DNA from: Macrostomum hystrix | Taxonomy: Eukaryota; Animalia; Platyhelminthes | Direction of reading: 5' to 3' | DNA: 64,000 nucleotides | NCBI GenBank assembly: GCA_950097015.1 | Contig: CATNEN010000039.1 | Span: forward strand, 8,556,001-8,620,000 | Shown here: positions 26,233 through 38,200 of the stretch, piece by piece | Position numbering within the stretch: position 1 is the stretch's first letter | Layout: each line of letters begins with the position of its first letter | Program-made: the position numbers and the translations under genes | The notes under the pieces: model-generated | The model's input: only the letters and a program-made list of their open reading frames with translations | Databases searched by the model: none | What the model was told of the DNA's origin: nothing

Positions 26233-29200
26233 ATGCTCTCGCTGCTGCCGTTGCTTCAATGTCTGCTGCTGTTAGCGACTGTGACATCTGCGGTTGTGCA
26301 GCCCGCCGTTAATGGCTTGATTCAGGTGGACCTGGGGAAGCTCAACCACTACAGAGGTAAAAGGTTTCTGCTCATTTTTCCTATGTATAGTGCCAGATAG
26401 GATAGTGGGAGTGCCAGATAGGATAGTGGGAGTGCCAGATAGAATAGTGGGAGTGCCAGATAGTATAGTGGGAGTGCCAGATAGAATAGTGGGAGTGTCA
26501 GAAAGAATAGTGGGAGTGCCAGATAGGATAGTAGGAGTGCCAGATAGAATAGTATGAGTGCCAGATAGGATAGTGGGAGTGCCAGATAGGATAGTGGGAT
26601 AGTGGGAGTGGGAGTGGGAGTGCCAGATAGTGGGATAGGATAGTGGGAGTGCCAGATAGGATAGTGGGAGTGCCAGATAGAATAGTGGGAGTGCCAGATA
26701 GAATAGTGGGAGCGCCAGACAAGATAGTGGGAGTGCCAGATAGAATAGTGGGTGTGCCAGATAGAATAGTGGGAGTGCCAGACAAGATAGTGGGAGTGCC
26801 AGATAGAATAGTGGGAGTGCCAGATAGTATAGTGGGAGTGCCAGATAGAATAGTGGGAGTGCCAGAAAGAATAGTGGGAGTGCCAGATAGGATAGTGGGA
26901 GTGCCAGATAGAATAGTATGAGTGCCAGATAGGATAGTGGGAGTGCCAGATAGGATAGTATGAGTGCCAGATAGAATAGTGGGAGTGCCAGATAGGATAG
27001 TGGGAGTGCCAGATAGGATAGTATGAGTGCCACATAGGATAAAAAGGAGTGACAGAAATGATAGTAGGAGTGCCAGACAGGATAGTGGGAGTGCCAGACA
27101 AGATAGCAGGAGTGCCACATAGGATAAAAAGGAGTGACAGAAATGATAGTAGGAGTGCCAGACAGGATAGTGGGAGTGCCAGACAAGATAGCAGGAGTGC
27201 CACATAGGATAAAAAGGAGTGCCAGAAAGGATAGTGGGAGTGCCAGATAGAATAGTGGGAGTGCCAGATAGGATAGTAGGAGTGCCAGATAGAATAGTGG
27301 GAGTGCCAGATAGAATAGTGGGAGTGCCAGATAGAATAGTGGGAGTGCCAGATTGAAAAGTAGGAGTGCCAGATAGAATAGTGGGAGTGCCAGACAAGAT
27401 AGTGGGAGTGCCAGATAGAATAGTGGGAGTGCCAGATAGTATAGTGGGAGTGCCAGATAGAATAGTGGGAGTGTCAGAAAGAATAGTGGGAGTGCCAGAT
27501 AGTATAGTGGGAGTGCCATATAGAATAGTATGAGTGCCAGATAGGATAGTGGGAGTGCCAGATAGGATAGTGGGATAGTGGGAGTGGGAGTGGGAGTGCC
27601 AGATAGTGGGATAGGATAGTGGGAGTGCCAGATAGGATAGTGGGAGTGCCAGATAGAATAGTGGGAGTGCCAGATAGAATAGTGGGAGCGCCAGACAAGA
27701 TAGTGGGAGTGCCAGATAGAATAGTGGGTGTGCCAGATAGAATAGTGGGAGTGCCAGACAAGATAGTGGGAGTGCCAGATAGAATAGTGGGAGTGCCAGA
27801 TAGTATAGTGGGAGTGCCAGATAGAATAGTGGGAGTGCCAGAAAGAATAGTGGGAGTGCCAGATAGGATAGTGGGAGTGCCAGATAGAATAGTATGAGTG
27901 CCAGATAGGATAGTGGGAGTGCCAGATAGGATAGTATGAGTGCCAGATAGAATAGTGGGAGTGCCAGATAGGATAGTGGGAGTGCCAGATAGGATAGTAT
28001 GAGTGCCACATAGGATAAAAAGGAGTGACAGAAATGATAGTAGGAGTGCCAGACAGGATAGTGGGAGTGCCAGACAAGATAGCAGGAGTGCCACATAGGA
28101 TAAAAAGGAGTGACAGAAATGATAGTAGGAGTGCCAGACAGGATAGTGGGAGTGCCAGACAAGATAGCAGGAGTGCCACATAGGATAAAAAGGAGTGCCA
28201 GAAAGGATAGTGGGAGTGCCAGATAGAATAGTGGGAGTGCCAGATAGGATAGTAGGAGTGCCAGATAGAATAGTGGGAGTGCCAGATAGAATAGTGGGAG
28301 TGCCAGATAGAATAGTGGGAGTGCCAGATTGAAAAGTAGGAGTGCCAGATAGAATAGTGGGAGTGCCAGACAAGATAGTGGGAGTGCCAGATAGAATAGT
28401 GGGAGTGCCAGATAGTATAGTGGGAGTGCCATATAGAATAGTATGAGTGCCAGATAGGATAGTGGGAGTGCCAGATAGGATAGTGGGATAGTGGGAGTGG
28501 GAGTGGGAGTGCCAGATAGTGGGATAGGATAGTGGGAGTGCCAGATAGGATAGTGGGAGTGCCAGATAGAATAGTGGGAGTGCCAGATAGAATAGTGGGA
28601 GTGCCAGACAAGATAGTGGGAGTGCCAGATAGAATAGTGGGTGTGCCAGATAGAATAGTGGGAGTGCCAGACAAGATAGTGGGAGTGCCAGATAGAATAG
28701 TGGGAGTGCCAGATAGTATAGTGGGAGTGCCAGATAGAATAGTGGGAGTGCCAGAAAGAATAGTGGGAGTGCCAGATAGGATAGTGGGAGTGCCAGATAG
28801 AATAGTATGAGTGCCAGATAGGATAGTGGGAGTGCCAGATAGGATAGTATGAGTGCCAGATAGAATAGTGGGAGTGCCAGATAGGATAGTGGGAGTGCCA
28901 GATAGGATAGTATGAGTGCCACATAGGATAAAAAGGAGTGACAGAAATGATAGTAGGAGTGCCAGACAGGATAGTGGGAGTGCCAGACAAGATAGCAGGA
29001 GTGCCACATAGGATAAAAAGGAGTGCCAGAAAGGATAGTGGGAGTGCCAGATAGAATAGTGGGAGTGCCAGATAGAATAGTGGGAGTGCCAGATAGAATA
29101 GTGGGAGTGCCAGATTGAAAAGTAGGAGTGCCAGATAGAATAGTGGGAGTGCCAGATAGAATAGTGGGAGTGCCAGACAAGATAGTGGGAGTGCCAGATA

Positions 29201-32200
29201 GAATAGTGGGAGTGCCAGATAGTATAGTGGGAGTGCCAGATAGAATAGTGGGAGTGTCAGAAAGAATAGTGGGAGTGCCAGATAGTATAGTGGGAGTGCC
29301 ATATAGAATAGTATGAGTGCCAGATAGGATAGTGGGAGTGCCAGATAGGATAGTGGGATAGTGGGAGTGGGAGTGGGAGTGCCAGATAGTGGGATAGGAT
29401 AGTGGGAGTGCCAGATAGGATAGTGGGAGTGCCAGATAGAATAGTGGGAGTGCCAGATAGAATAGTGGGAGTGCCAGACAAGATAGTGGGAGTGCCAGAT
29501 AGAATAGTGGGTGTGCCAGATAGAATAGTGGGAGTGCCAGACAAGATAGTGGGAGTGCCAGATAGAATAGTGGGAGTGCCAGATAGTATAGTGGGAGTGC
29601 CAGATAGAATAGTGGGAGTGCCAGAAAGAATAGTGGGAGTGCCAGATAGGATAGTGGGAGTGCCAGATAGAATAGTATGAGTGCCAGATAGGATAGTGGG
29701 AGTGCCAGATAGGATAGTATGAGTGCCAGATAGAATAGTGGGAGTGCCAGATAGGATAGTGGGAGTGCCAGATAGGATAGTATGAGTGCCACATAGGATA
29801 AAAAGGAGTGACAGAAATGATAGTAGGAGTGCCAGACAGGATAGTGGGAGTGCCAGACAAGATAGCAGGAGTGCCACATAGGATAAAAAGGAGTGACAGA
29901 AATGATAGTAGGAGTGCCAGACAGGATAGTGGGAGTGCCAGACAAGATAGCAGGAGTGCCACATAGGATAAAAAGGAGTGCCAGAAAGGATAGTGGGAGT
30001 GCCAGATAGAATAGTGGGAGTGCCAGATAGGATAGTAGGAGTGCCAGATAGAATAGTGGGAGTGCCAGATAGAATAGTGGGAGTGCCAGATAGAACAGTG
30101 GGAGTGCCAGAATGAAAAGTAAGAGTGCCAGATAGAATAGTGGGAGTGCCAGATAGAATAGTGGGAGTGCCAGACAAGATAGTGGGAGTGCCAGATAGAA
30201 TAGTGGGAGTGCCAGATAGTATAGTGGGAGTGCCAGATAGAATAGTGGGAGTGTCAGAAAGAATAGTGGGAGTGCCAGATAGTATAGTGGGAGTGCCATA
30301 TAGAATAGTATGAGTGCCAGATAGGATAGTGGGAGTGCCAGATAGGATAGTGGGATAGTGGGAGTGGGAGTGGGAGTGCCAGATAGTGGGATAGGATAGT
30401 GGGAGTGCCAGATAGGATAGTGGGAGTGCCAGATAGAATAGTGGGAGTGCCAGATAGAATAGTGGGAGTGCCAGACAAGATAGTGGGAGTGCCAGATAGA
30501 ATAGTGGGTGTGCCAGATAGAATAGTGGGAGTGCCAGACAAGATAGTGGGAGTGCCAGATAGAATAGTGGGAGTGCCAGATAGTATAGTGGGAGTGCCAG
30601 ATAGAATAGTGGGAGTGCCAGAAAGAATAGTGGGAGTGCCAGATAGGATAGTGGGAGTGCCAGATAGAATAGTATGAGTGCCAGATAGGATAGTGGGAGT
30701 GCCAGATAGGATAGTATGAGTGCCAGATAGAATAGTGGGAGTGCCAGATAGGATAGTGGGAGTGCCAGATAGGATAGTATGAGTGCCACATAGGATAAAA
30801 AGGAGTGACAGAAATGATAGTAGGAGTGCCAGACAGGATAGTGGGAGTGCCAGACAAGACAGCAGGAGTGCCACATAGGATAAAAAGGAGTGACAGAAAT
30901 GATAGTAGGAGTGCCAGACAGGATAGTGGGAGTGCCAGACAAGATAGCAGGAGTGCCACATAGGATAAAAAGGAGTGCCAGAAAGGATAGTGGGAGTGCC
31001 AGATAGAATAGTGGGAGTGCCAGATAGGATAGTAGGAGTGCCAGATAGAATAGTGGGAGTGCCAGATAGAATAGTGGGAGTGCCAGATAGAATAGTGGGA
31101 GTGCCAGATTGAAAAGTGGGAGTGCCAGATAGAATAGTGGGAGTGCCAGATAGGATAGTGGGAGTGCCAGATAGGATAGTGGGAGTGCCAGATAGAATAG
31201 TGGGAGTGCCAGATAGAATAGTGGGAGTGCCAGATAGAATAGTGGGAGTGCCAGAAATGATAGTAGGAGTGCCAGACAAAATAATGGGAGTGCCAGATAG
31301 AATAGTGGGAGTGCCAGATAGAATAGTGGGAGTGCAATCTCAGACTATTCTTGATTCGTTTCCTTGCCTCACTGACATTGCAGCCCTGATCCGCCAGGTC
31401 AGCAATCCCCAACAGCTGGCTAGTTGTCCGGGCGGCGACGGCGGCGGCCAGCGTCAGCTGCGATGTCCGGAGCGATCGCGAATTTTCGTCCGGTCAGCCG
31501 GCGACGAAGCAGCGATCTGCGGCGGCCGCGGAGGCGGTGGCGGTCGCATCCGAAACACCACGAAGCGGCTGTTTGACAGAGACAATAGCGAATCCCCCGC
31601 TGGCTGTGGCATCTCCAGGGCGCTGCAGGTGCAGTCAGAGTACAGAATCAGTAGACTGAGATGGTTGGGGTGAGAAGGGGATCAGTAGACTGAGATGGTT
31701 GGGGTGAGAAGGGGATCAGTAGACTGTGATGGTTGGAGTGAGAAGGGGATCAGTAGACTGATGGTTGGAGTGAGAAGGGGATCAGTAGACTGTGATGGTT
31801 GGAGTGAGAAGGGGATCAGTAGACTGATGGTTGGAGTGAGAAGTGGATCAGTAGACTGTGATGGTTGGAGTGAGAAGGGGATCAGTAGACTGATGGTTGG
31901 AGTGAGAAGTGGATCAGTAGACTGTGATGGTTGGAGTGAGAAGGGGATCAGTAGACTGATGGTTGGAGTGAGAAGGGGATCAGTAGACTGCGATGGTTGG
32001 AGTGAGAAGGGGATCAGTAGACTGTGATGGTTGGAGTGAGAAGGGGATCAGTAGACTGATGGTTGGAGTGAGAAGGGGATCAGTAGACTGATGGTTGGAG
32101 TGAGAAGGGGATCAGTAGACTGCGATGGTTGGAGTGAGAAGGGGATCAGTAGACTGTGATGGTTGGAGTGAGAAGGGGATCAGTAGACTGATGGTTGGAG

Positions 32201-35200
32201 TGAGAAGGGGATCAGTAGACTGAGATGGTTGGGGTGAGAAGGGGATCAGTAGACTGTGATGGTTGGAGTGAGAAGGGGATCAGTAGACTGATGGTTGGAG
32301 TGAGAAGGGGATCAGTAGACTGTGATGGTTGGAGTGAGAAGGGGATCAGTAGACTGATGGTTGGAGTGAGAAGTGGATCAGTAGACTGTGATGGTTGGAG
32401 TGAGAAGGGGATCAGTAGACTGATGGTTGGAGTGAGAAGGGGATCAGTAGACTGCGATGGTTGGAGTGAGAAGGGGATCAGTAGACTGTGATGGTTGGAG
32501 TGAGAAGGGGATCAGTAGACTGTGATGGTTGGGTGAGAAGGGGATCAGTAGACTGATGGTTGGAGTGAGAAGGGGATCAGTAGACTGAGATGGTTGGGGT
32601 GAGAAGGGGATCAGTAGACTGAGATGTTTGGAGTGAGAAGGGGATCAGTAGACTGTAATGGTTGGGGTGAGAAGGGGATCAGTAGACTGTGATGGTTGGA
32701 GTGAGAAGGGGATCAGTAGACTGATGGTTGGAGTGAGAAGGGGATCAGTAGACTGCGATGGTTGGAGTGAGAAGGGGATCAGTAGACTGTGATGGTTGGG
32801 TGAGAAGGGGATCAGTAGACTGTGATGGTTGGGGTGAGAAGGGGATCAGTAGACTGTGATGGTTGGGGTGAGAAGGTGATCAGTAGACTGTGATGGTTGG
32901 GGTGAGAAGGGGATCAGTAGACTGTGATGGTTGGGGTGAGAAGGGGATCAGTAGACTGCGATGGTTGGGGTGAGAAGGGGATCAGTAGACTGTGATGGTT
33001 GGAGTGAGAAGGGGATCAGTAGACTGTGATGGTTGGAGTGAGAAGGGGATCAGTAGACTGAGATGGTTGGAGTGAGAAGGGGATCAGTAGACTGTGATAG
33101 TTGGAGTGAGAAGGTGATCAGTAGACTGAGATGGTTGGGGTGAGAAGGGGATCAGTAGACTGTGATGGTTGGAGTGAGAAGGGGATCAGTAGACTGTGAT
33201 GGTTGGGGTGAGAAGGGGATCAGTAGACTGTGGTGGTTGGGTGAGAAGGGGATCAGTAGACTGTGACGGTTGGGGTGAGAAGGGGATCAGTAGACTGTGA
33301 CGGTTGGGGTGAGAAGGGGATCAGTAGACTGTGATGGTTGGGGTGAGAAGGGGATCAGTAGACTGCGATGGTTGGGGTGAGAAGGGGATCAGTAGACTGT
33401 GATGGTTGGAGTGAGAAGGTGATCAGTAGACTGAGATGGTTGGGGTGAGAAGGGGATCAGTAGACTGTGATGGTTGGAGTGAGAAGGGGATCAGTAGACT
33501 GTGATGGTTGGGGTGAGAAGGGGATCAGTAGACTGTGATGGTTGGGTGAGAAGGGGATCAGTAGACTGTGACGGTTGGGGTGAGAAGGGGATCAGTAGAC
33601 TGTGACGGTTGGGGTGAGAAGGGGATCAGTAGACTGTGATGGTTGGGGTGAGAAGGGGATCAGTAGACTGCGATGGTTGGGGTGAGAAGGGGATCAGTAG
33701 ACTGTGATGGTTGGGGTGAGAAGGGGATCAGTAGACTGTGGTGGTTGGGTGAGAAGGGGATCAGTAGACTGTGATGGTTGGGGTGAGAAGGGGATCAGTA
33801 GACTGTGATGGTTGGGGTGAGAAGGGGATCAGTAGAATGTGATGGTTGGAGTGAGAAGGGGATCAGTAGACTGTGATGGTTGGAGTGAGAAGGGGATCAG
33901 TAGACTGTGATGGTTGGGGTGAGAAGGGAATCAGTAGACTGTGATGGTTGGGGTGAGAAGGGGATCAGTAGACTGTGATGGTTGGAGTGAGAAGGGGGTC
34001 AGTAGACTGTGATGGTTGGGGTGAGAAGGGGATCAGTAGACTGTGATGGTTGGGGTGAGAAGGGGATCAGTAGACTGCGATGGTTGGGGTGAGAAGGGGA
34101 TCAGTAGACTGTGATGGTTGGGGTGAGAAGGGGATCAGTAGACTGTGGTGGTTGGGTGAGAAGGGGATCAGTAGACTGTGATGGTTGGGGTGAGAAGGGG
34201 ATCAGTAGACTGTGATGGTTGGAGTGAGAAGGGGATCAGTAGACTGTGACGGTTGGAGTGAGAAGGGGATCAGTAGACTGTGATGGTTGGGGTGAGAAGG
34301 GGATCAGTAGACTGTGATGGTTGGGGTGAGAAGGGGATCAGTAGACTGTGATGGTTGGGGTGAGAAGTGGATCAGTAGACTGTGATGGTTGGGGTGAGAA
34401 GGGGATCAGTAGACTGCGATGGTTGGAGTGAAAAGGGGATCAGTGGACTTTGATGGTTGGAGTGAGAATGGGTCAGTAAAGTTTGAAATGTTGCCTGAGA
34501 TTGGGTGAAAAGCTTTATGCTATATTCGATCTCGTATCCCAATGTCCGATCCGCAGTTTTCTTACAACTAGCACAATATCTAGACTGGTTGGTTTATAAT
34601 CCTCATGGGATCTGAGCGGTTGGGATCTAAGAAGTGATGCATTCACGCATTGATTGCCTTGTATTCCCTATCGAACATTTATCAGAAGCGCTCCGCCGTG
34701 TTCTGAAGTTCATGAATTAAGTGGCACTTTATTATGCAGTCAGTGGGTTAGACAATATGCTAGGACAAGGTTTACAGTTCGGCCGTAGAAAGCTGTATAA
34801 TTTTTCACACCCTGAACAGTGTTCTGAACAGTAGCCTTATTAACGCAGTAGCAAAGTCGCAGACCTATGCTTAGAATATATTTTCATCTTTTGTGTATTA
34901 GATTTAATAATGAAAACATTCAACTTTCAGCTTAATAGAGCTAGTAGCAGATCTGTGGGAAAAGTTCTCAAATGTCCTGCTCATAAAAAACACACTAAAT
35001 TCTCACCGTGCGCTCATTGCGAATGGGTAGTCAAAGGTTTTCATCAGCGTTTGCTAAACTATATATGCTCTCATAGGTAAGAAAATGGGTGTCTAATGTC
35101 TATGGTAAGTTCTGTGATTCAATTTCATAATATCGGAAGACTGTCTATGGTAAATAGTGTCGGGATTTCGTTTAATTTAAGAAAACCATAAACCATGCAG

Positions 35201-38200
35201 TCTGCATTTAACTAAGGAACCGTAGATCACTATGCTATAGTAATACAAGAAGGGGATCAGTAGACTGTGATGGTTGGGGTGAGAAGGGGATCAGTAGACT
35301 GTGATGGTTGGAGTGAGAAGGGGATCAGTAGACTGTGATGGTTGGGGTGAGAAGGGGATCAGTAGACTGTGATGGTTAGAGTGAGAAGGGGATCAGTAGA
35401 CTGTGATGGTTGGGGTGAGAAGGGGATCAGTAGACTGTGATGGTTGGAGTGAGAAGGGGATCAGTAGACTGTGATGGTTGGAGTGAGAAGGGGATCAGTA
35501 GACTGTGATGGTTGGGGTGAGAAGGGGATCAGTAGACTGTGATGGTTAGAGTGAGAAGGGGATCAGTAGACTGTGATGGTTGGGGTGAGAAGGGGATCAG
35601 TAGACTGTGATGGTTGGAGTGAGAAGGGGATCAGTAGACTGTGATGGTTGGGGTGAGAAGGGGATCAGTAGACTGTGATGGTTAGAGTGAGAAGGGGATC
35701 AGTAGACTGTGATGGTTGGGGTGAGAAGGGGATCAGTAGACTGTGATGGTTGGAGTGAGAAGGGGATCAGTAGACTGTGATGGTTGGGGTGAGAAGGGGA
35801 TCAGTAGACTGTGATGGTTGGGGTGAGAAGGGGATCAGTAGACTGTGATGGTTGGAGTGAGAAGGGGATCAGTAGACTGTGATGGTTGGGGTGAGAAGGG
35901 AATCAGTAGACTGTGATGGTTGGGGTGAGAAGGGGATCAGTAGACTGTGATGGTTGGAGTGAGAAGGGGATCAGTAGACTGTGATGGTTGGAGTGAGAAG
36001 GGGATCAGTAGACTGTGATGGTTGGGGTGAGAAGGGGATCAGTAGACTGTGATGGTTGGAGTGAGAAGGGGATCAGTAGACTGTGATGGTTGGGGTGAGA
36101 AGGGAATCAGTAGACTGTGATGGTTGGGGTGAGAAGGGGATCAGTAGACTGTGATGGTTGGAGTGAGAAGGGGGTCAGTAGACTGTGATGGTTGGGGTGA
36201 GAAGGGGATCAGTAGAATGTGATGGTTGGAGTGAGAAGGGGATCAGTAGACTGTGATGGTTGGAGTGAGAAGGGGATCAGTAGACTGTGATGGTTGGGGT
36301 GAGAAGGGAATCAGTAGACTGTGATGGTTGGGGTGAGAAGGGGATCAGTAGACTGTGATGGTTGGAGTGAGAAGGGGGTCAGTAGACTGTGATGGTTGGG
36401 GTGAGAAGGGGATCAGTAGAATGTGATGGTTGGAGTGAGAAGGGGATCAGTAGACTGTGATGGTTGGGGTGAGAAGGGGATCAGTAGACTGTGATGGTTG
36501 GAGTGAGAAGGGGGTCAGTAGACTGTGATGGTTGGGGTGAGAAGGGGATCAGTAGAATGTGATGGTTGGAGTGAGAAGGGGATCAGTAGACTGTGATGGT
36601 TGGGGTGAGAAGGGGATCAGTAGACTGTGATGGTTGGGGTGAGAAGGGGATCAGTAGACTGTGATGGTTGGGGTGAGAAGGGGATCAGTAGACTGTGATG
36701 GTTGGGGTGAGAAGGGGATCAGTAGACTGTGATGGTTGGGGTGAGAAGGGGATCAGTAGATTGTGATGGTTGGGGTGAGAAGGGGATCAGTAGACTGTGA
36801 TGGTTGGGGTGAGAAGGGTTCTACTCTGATCCCCTTCTCACCCCAACCATCGCAGTCTACTGATCCCCTTCTTAACAATCATTAAAATTAAGTTTTAATG
36901 AACCAATTTTATAACAATATTCAATCAAGATTAGGTAGTCATGTACAATTTCATATCTTAAATTAATAATTTAATTTATTATTTAGCAGGCTAGAAAGTC
37001 CTGAAACAATTTTCCCTGACATTTTACCGATCTAAAAGTAACGATTTATCCCTACTATGTTAAAAAAAGAAGCGACATAAGTAAAAAGCAGGGAATAAAA
37101 ATAAAGAAACGAAAAATAAAGCAAACAAAAGTAGTGGAAAAATGAGAAATAGGATGGAGAGAGAGGAGTAGGAGAGGGATGGTGGAAAGATAGAGCACTG
37201 TGAGTTGCCGTGGCCTCGCTCGCTCTGCTCATTACTCATGCAGCCATGGCAGCAGCAGTGCTGCCGCATTACAGATAAGAATCTGCGGCTTACAATGCGC
37301 GGACTATTGCAGAATGCTTGGCTAAGAGCTTTGCAATATCCAGCGTATGGCCCAGGCTGGGAAGTGGCGGCTTGCATCCAGACAGAGCTTGTGTTGCATG
37401 GCAGTTTAGGCTGGCGCCCCCCCAGCCTTTGCATTTATAGCAATGCGTTTTGCACAGCCTGAATGTGTGCAGAGCAGCCAGAAGCTCGCGTTGGGCAAAT
37501 GTCTTGTTTAGTCCGAATGCTAGCAGATATCAAGGCCATTCTTTGCATGTGAGATTTCGCCATTGCAGTGAGCACGGGGTAAGGGGAGCAGAGAGTTAAA
37601 AGTGCGTGTGGGAGTAAAAACAAAATTAGACAAACTCCCTAAATGTGAGCACTCGGACAATTTGTGTGTTCGTGTATACACCACCAGATTAGACGTGAGA
37701 AAAATACGAGGAGAGAGGACAGGAAAGAGGAGAGAGAAGAGAGGAGACAGCAGAGATCAGAGGAGAGATCAGAGCAGAGATCAGAGGAGAGATCAGAGGA
37801 GAGAGCAGAGAGATCAGATGAGAGAGCAGAGATCAGATGAGAGAGCAGAGATTAGAGGAGAGAGCAGAGATTAGAGGAGAGAGAAGAGATCAAAGGAGAG
37901 AGCAGAGATCAGAGAAGAAAGGAGAGATGAGAGGAGAGAGAAGAGATCAAAGGAGAGAGCAGAGATTAGAGGAGAGAGCAGAGATTAGAGGAGAGAGAAG
38001 AGATCAAAGGAGAGAGCAGAGATCAGAGAAGAAAGGAGAGATGAGAGGAGAGAGAAGAGATCAAAGGAGAGAGCAGAGATTAGAGGAGAGAGCAGAGATT
38101 AGAGGAGAGAGCAGAGATTAGAGGAGAGAGCAGAGATCAGAGGAGAGAGCAGAGATTAGAGGAGAGAGAAGAGATCAAAGGAGAGAGCAGAGATCAGAGA

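Noticed and set aside
26272-31412. Minus-strand ORFs of 900-1300 aa (ILSGTPT / WHSHYSI / YLALPL repeats)
   Set aside because: All three frames are open and swap peptides at indels. This is a stop-poor 21-bp satellite, antisense to an intron.
31647-36873. CRISPR-like array (34-bp unit)
   Set aside because: Units are contiguous with no unique spacers, there are no cas genes, and the context is eukaryotic.
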